In this document: piece by piece, positions 62,005-64,000 of the stretch
How the letters are laid out: each line of letters opens with the position of its first letter
Numbering within the stretch: position 1 is the first letter of the stretch
Assembly (NCBI RefSeq): GCF_009914755.1
Contig: NC_060925.1
Direction: 5' to 3' (one strand)
Source of the DNA: the human T2T-CHM13v2.0 reference genome, Homo sapiens
DNA length: 64,000 nt
Program-made: the position numbers and the translations under genes
Notes under the pieces: model-generated
What the model saw: the letters and a program-made list of their open reading frames with translations, nothing else
What the model was told of the DNA's origin: nothing
The model's database searches: none

Positions 62005-62505
62005 GATGCATATCCCCAAAGATTCACACCCACCCAGAACCTCAGAATGGGACCTTATTTGAAAATAGGTTCTTTGCTGATGTAACCAGTTAAGGATCTA
62101 GAGATGAAGTCACCTCGGTTTTAGGGCGGTTCCCTAAATCCAATGGCAGGTGTCCCTATAAGAAGAGGAGAGGGCCAGGTGCAGTGGCTCATGTCTGAGC
62201 ACTTTGGGAGGTCGAGGTGGGCGGATCACTTGAGGTCAGCAGTTGGAGACCAGCCTGGCCAACATGGGGAAACCCCGTCTCTACTAACAATACAAAAATT
62301 AGACAGGCGTGGTGGTGCATGCCTTTAGTCCCAGCTTTGGGAGGCTGAGGCATGAGAATAGCTTGGACCTGGGAGGCAGAGGTTGTAGTGAGTAGTGAGC
62401 CAAGACTGCACCACTGCACTCCAGCCTGAGCGACAGAGTGAAACTGTCTAAAAAAAGAGGAGGAAAGGACACGGAGAGAGAGGGGGGAAGGCAGAGCCAG
62501 GATCC
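62005..62505 (+). mobile_element. MLT1B/C-like LTR fragment, interrupted by an Alu
   Basis: cagaacctcagaatgggaccttatttgaaaatagg...cctaaatccaatggcaggtgtcc. Confidence 0.7.
62173..62456 (+). mobile_element. AluS
   Basis: Dimer with small indels. Confidence 0.9.
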
Positions 62506-63364
62506 GGAGGGACAAGAGAAAGGTAAAAGAGAAGAGTTACTGTTGCAGTGACATCCCACCCAGATGTCTACAGGAGGCCTGTGGCTCTTCTGTTCCTACT
62601 GCATCCACAGAGACCCTGATGGCTCCTTGTCTGGCTACCTGGCTGTCATGCTGCTGCTGCTGAGAACGTGGGCACCTTGGTCTATTTCCTCCCTGCTGGT
62701 TTTCACATGTGCATTCACGAGATTTCTCCGGAGACCCACCCTTGCTTTCTTCTCCCATGCCCACATGCTGTTCTAGACCATCTTGGAACAAAACATCAGA
62801 AAACAGGGTCTCCATTGGCAGGAGAGAGAACTGAGGTAGGTGTTCACCAGGAAGGGGCAAAGCGAGGAGATTTGCAACAGTTTTGCTTCAATCATCTTTT
62901 GCTAGCTCCTCCACCAAATACCAAACCCCGAGCCCCTCAGCCACCCCCTGCCAGTGTCCAGGAGAGCAGTGAACATGCCCCCAATTGGTTTCATGATCGC
63001 CAGCTCCAGTGGCTCCTGCTGAGTGCCAGGAACTGAGTTCTGCACATGTTTCCTGATTACAAATTGCCAGGAAAAGGCTAAACGTGTCCACCGACTCTCT
63101 GGCCTCCAAAATTGCAGTTCTCCATTTTTTCCCATGCAATAGACATGATAGATGGAAGACATTCATGCAGGAAGTACACTCCAATTTTAATGGAAGTTCC
63201 CAAAATAAAATTGTTCAGAGAGCAGTACAGTAATTCATAATTACCCCCACAAACACTAAATGGCAGTGACTGACATAAAGGTGGGCCGAGGGTCCCACAC
63301 AGCTGGCCAGAACTCCACCCTCTCTCCCACCTGAGAATAGGAATGGATGGAAGTGACATTCAGG

Positions 63365-63800
63365 TAGGGCTTTTGGGGTTGCAAGTAACAGAATCCTACC
63401 TCAAACGGGGTTAAGCAAAACAGGGGCGTTAGCGTTTTGTGTATCAGAAAAGCTCAAGATCAGTTTGATTGAAGCTCGACTAGGGTGGCCAGGGAGCACC
63501 CACCCTGTCATCTCTCTCGGCTCGGGGCCCCTGGTTTCCCTGCGTGGGGTCCGTCTAGAGGTGGGCTCTCCCACCACAGTGCTCAGGCAGCTGCCAGCCC
63601 CTCCAGGCTTACACTGATCCTCAGCCAGCTCTGAGGGAGGAGTGATTTTCTCTTCCCCACGGTGTCTGCAAATGTCCCTGAACAGAGCCCTGTCGACTCA
63701 TGGCCACCTGCACTGTGACCAGGGAGATGCCCCCTTCTGATTAATTTTCTGTCACATGCACCGAGGAGCCGGGGCATGATGGGCCAGCTCTACCCAAACC
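63365..63800 (-). mobile_element. Old MLT1 (J/K/L-like) fragment
   Basis: ggttgcaagtaacagaa...ctcaaac...ttaagcaaaa. Confidence 0.5.
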
Positions 63801-63911
63801 CAGGACTGAGAGTAGGGAGTGGAGGTTCCCAAAAGAAGGTCCAGGAGCTGTCACCAGGAGAGGAGAAACCAATACCCAGCAGGGCAGGCAGGACCACGGG
63901 CGGCCCCTGTG

Positions 63912-64000
63912 AGGTTCTTGCAGCTGCTGTAGCAAACAGACACATATCAATGCTTGAAACAACACAAATGTATTAACGTACAGTTCTGGACTCCAGAAGT
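63912..64000 (-). mobile_element. MLT1 fragment truncated by the window end
   Basis: gctgctgtagcaaac...ttgaaacaacacaaatgtatt...acagttctgga...ccagaagt. Confidence 0.6.

Overview
Human genomic DNA (Alu-rich, GC-rich) holding the 3' part of SPSB1 (SPRY domain- and SOCS box-containing protein 1) on the + strand. It covers the distal ~24.6 kb of a long first intron, the AUG-containing exon 2 (24601-25443), a 10,862-nt intron 2, and the last exon (36306-~38390) with the SOCS box, stop codon and ~2-kb 3'UTR. About 25 kb of downstream intergenic sequence follows. The spliced CDS (24750-25443 + 36306-36433) encodes 273 aa. Exon 1 and the main promoter are not identifiable in the window. The rest is ~36 Alus, old L1/L2/MIR fragments, MER5/MER58 DNA transposons, MLT1 and ERV1 solo LTRs (some nested three deep with intact target-site duplications, TSDs) and microsatellites. 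Almost all ORF-track entries are spurious. The most notable observation: exon 2 is exactly 843 nt (281 codons), has no stop codon in the SPSB1 frame even across its 149-nt 5'UTR part, and is bracketed by inverted Alus. A back-spliced circle would therefore carry an endless ORF encoding concatemeric SPRY domains without a SOCS box. This is a sequence-based prediction, not evidence of expression. Repeat subfamily names are from recall of consensus sequences and repeat boundaries are approximate.
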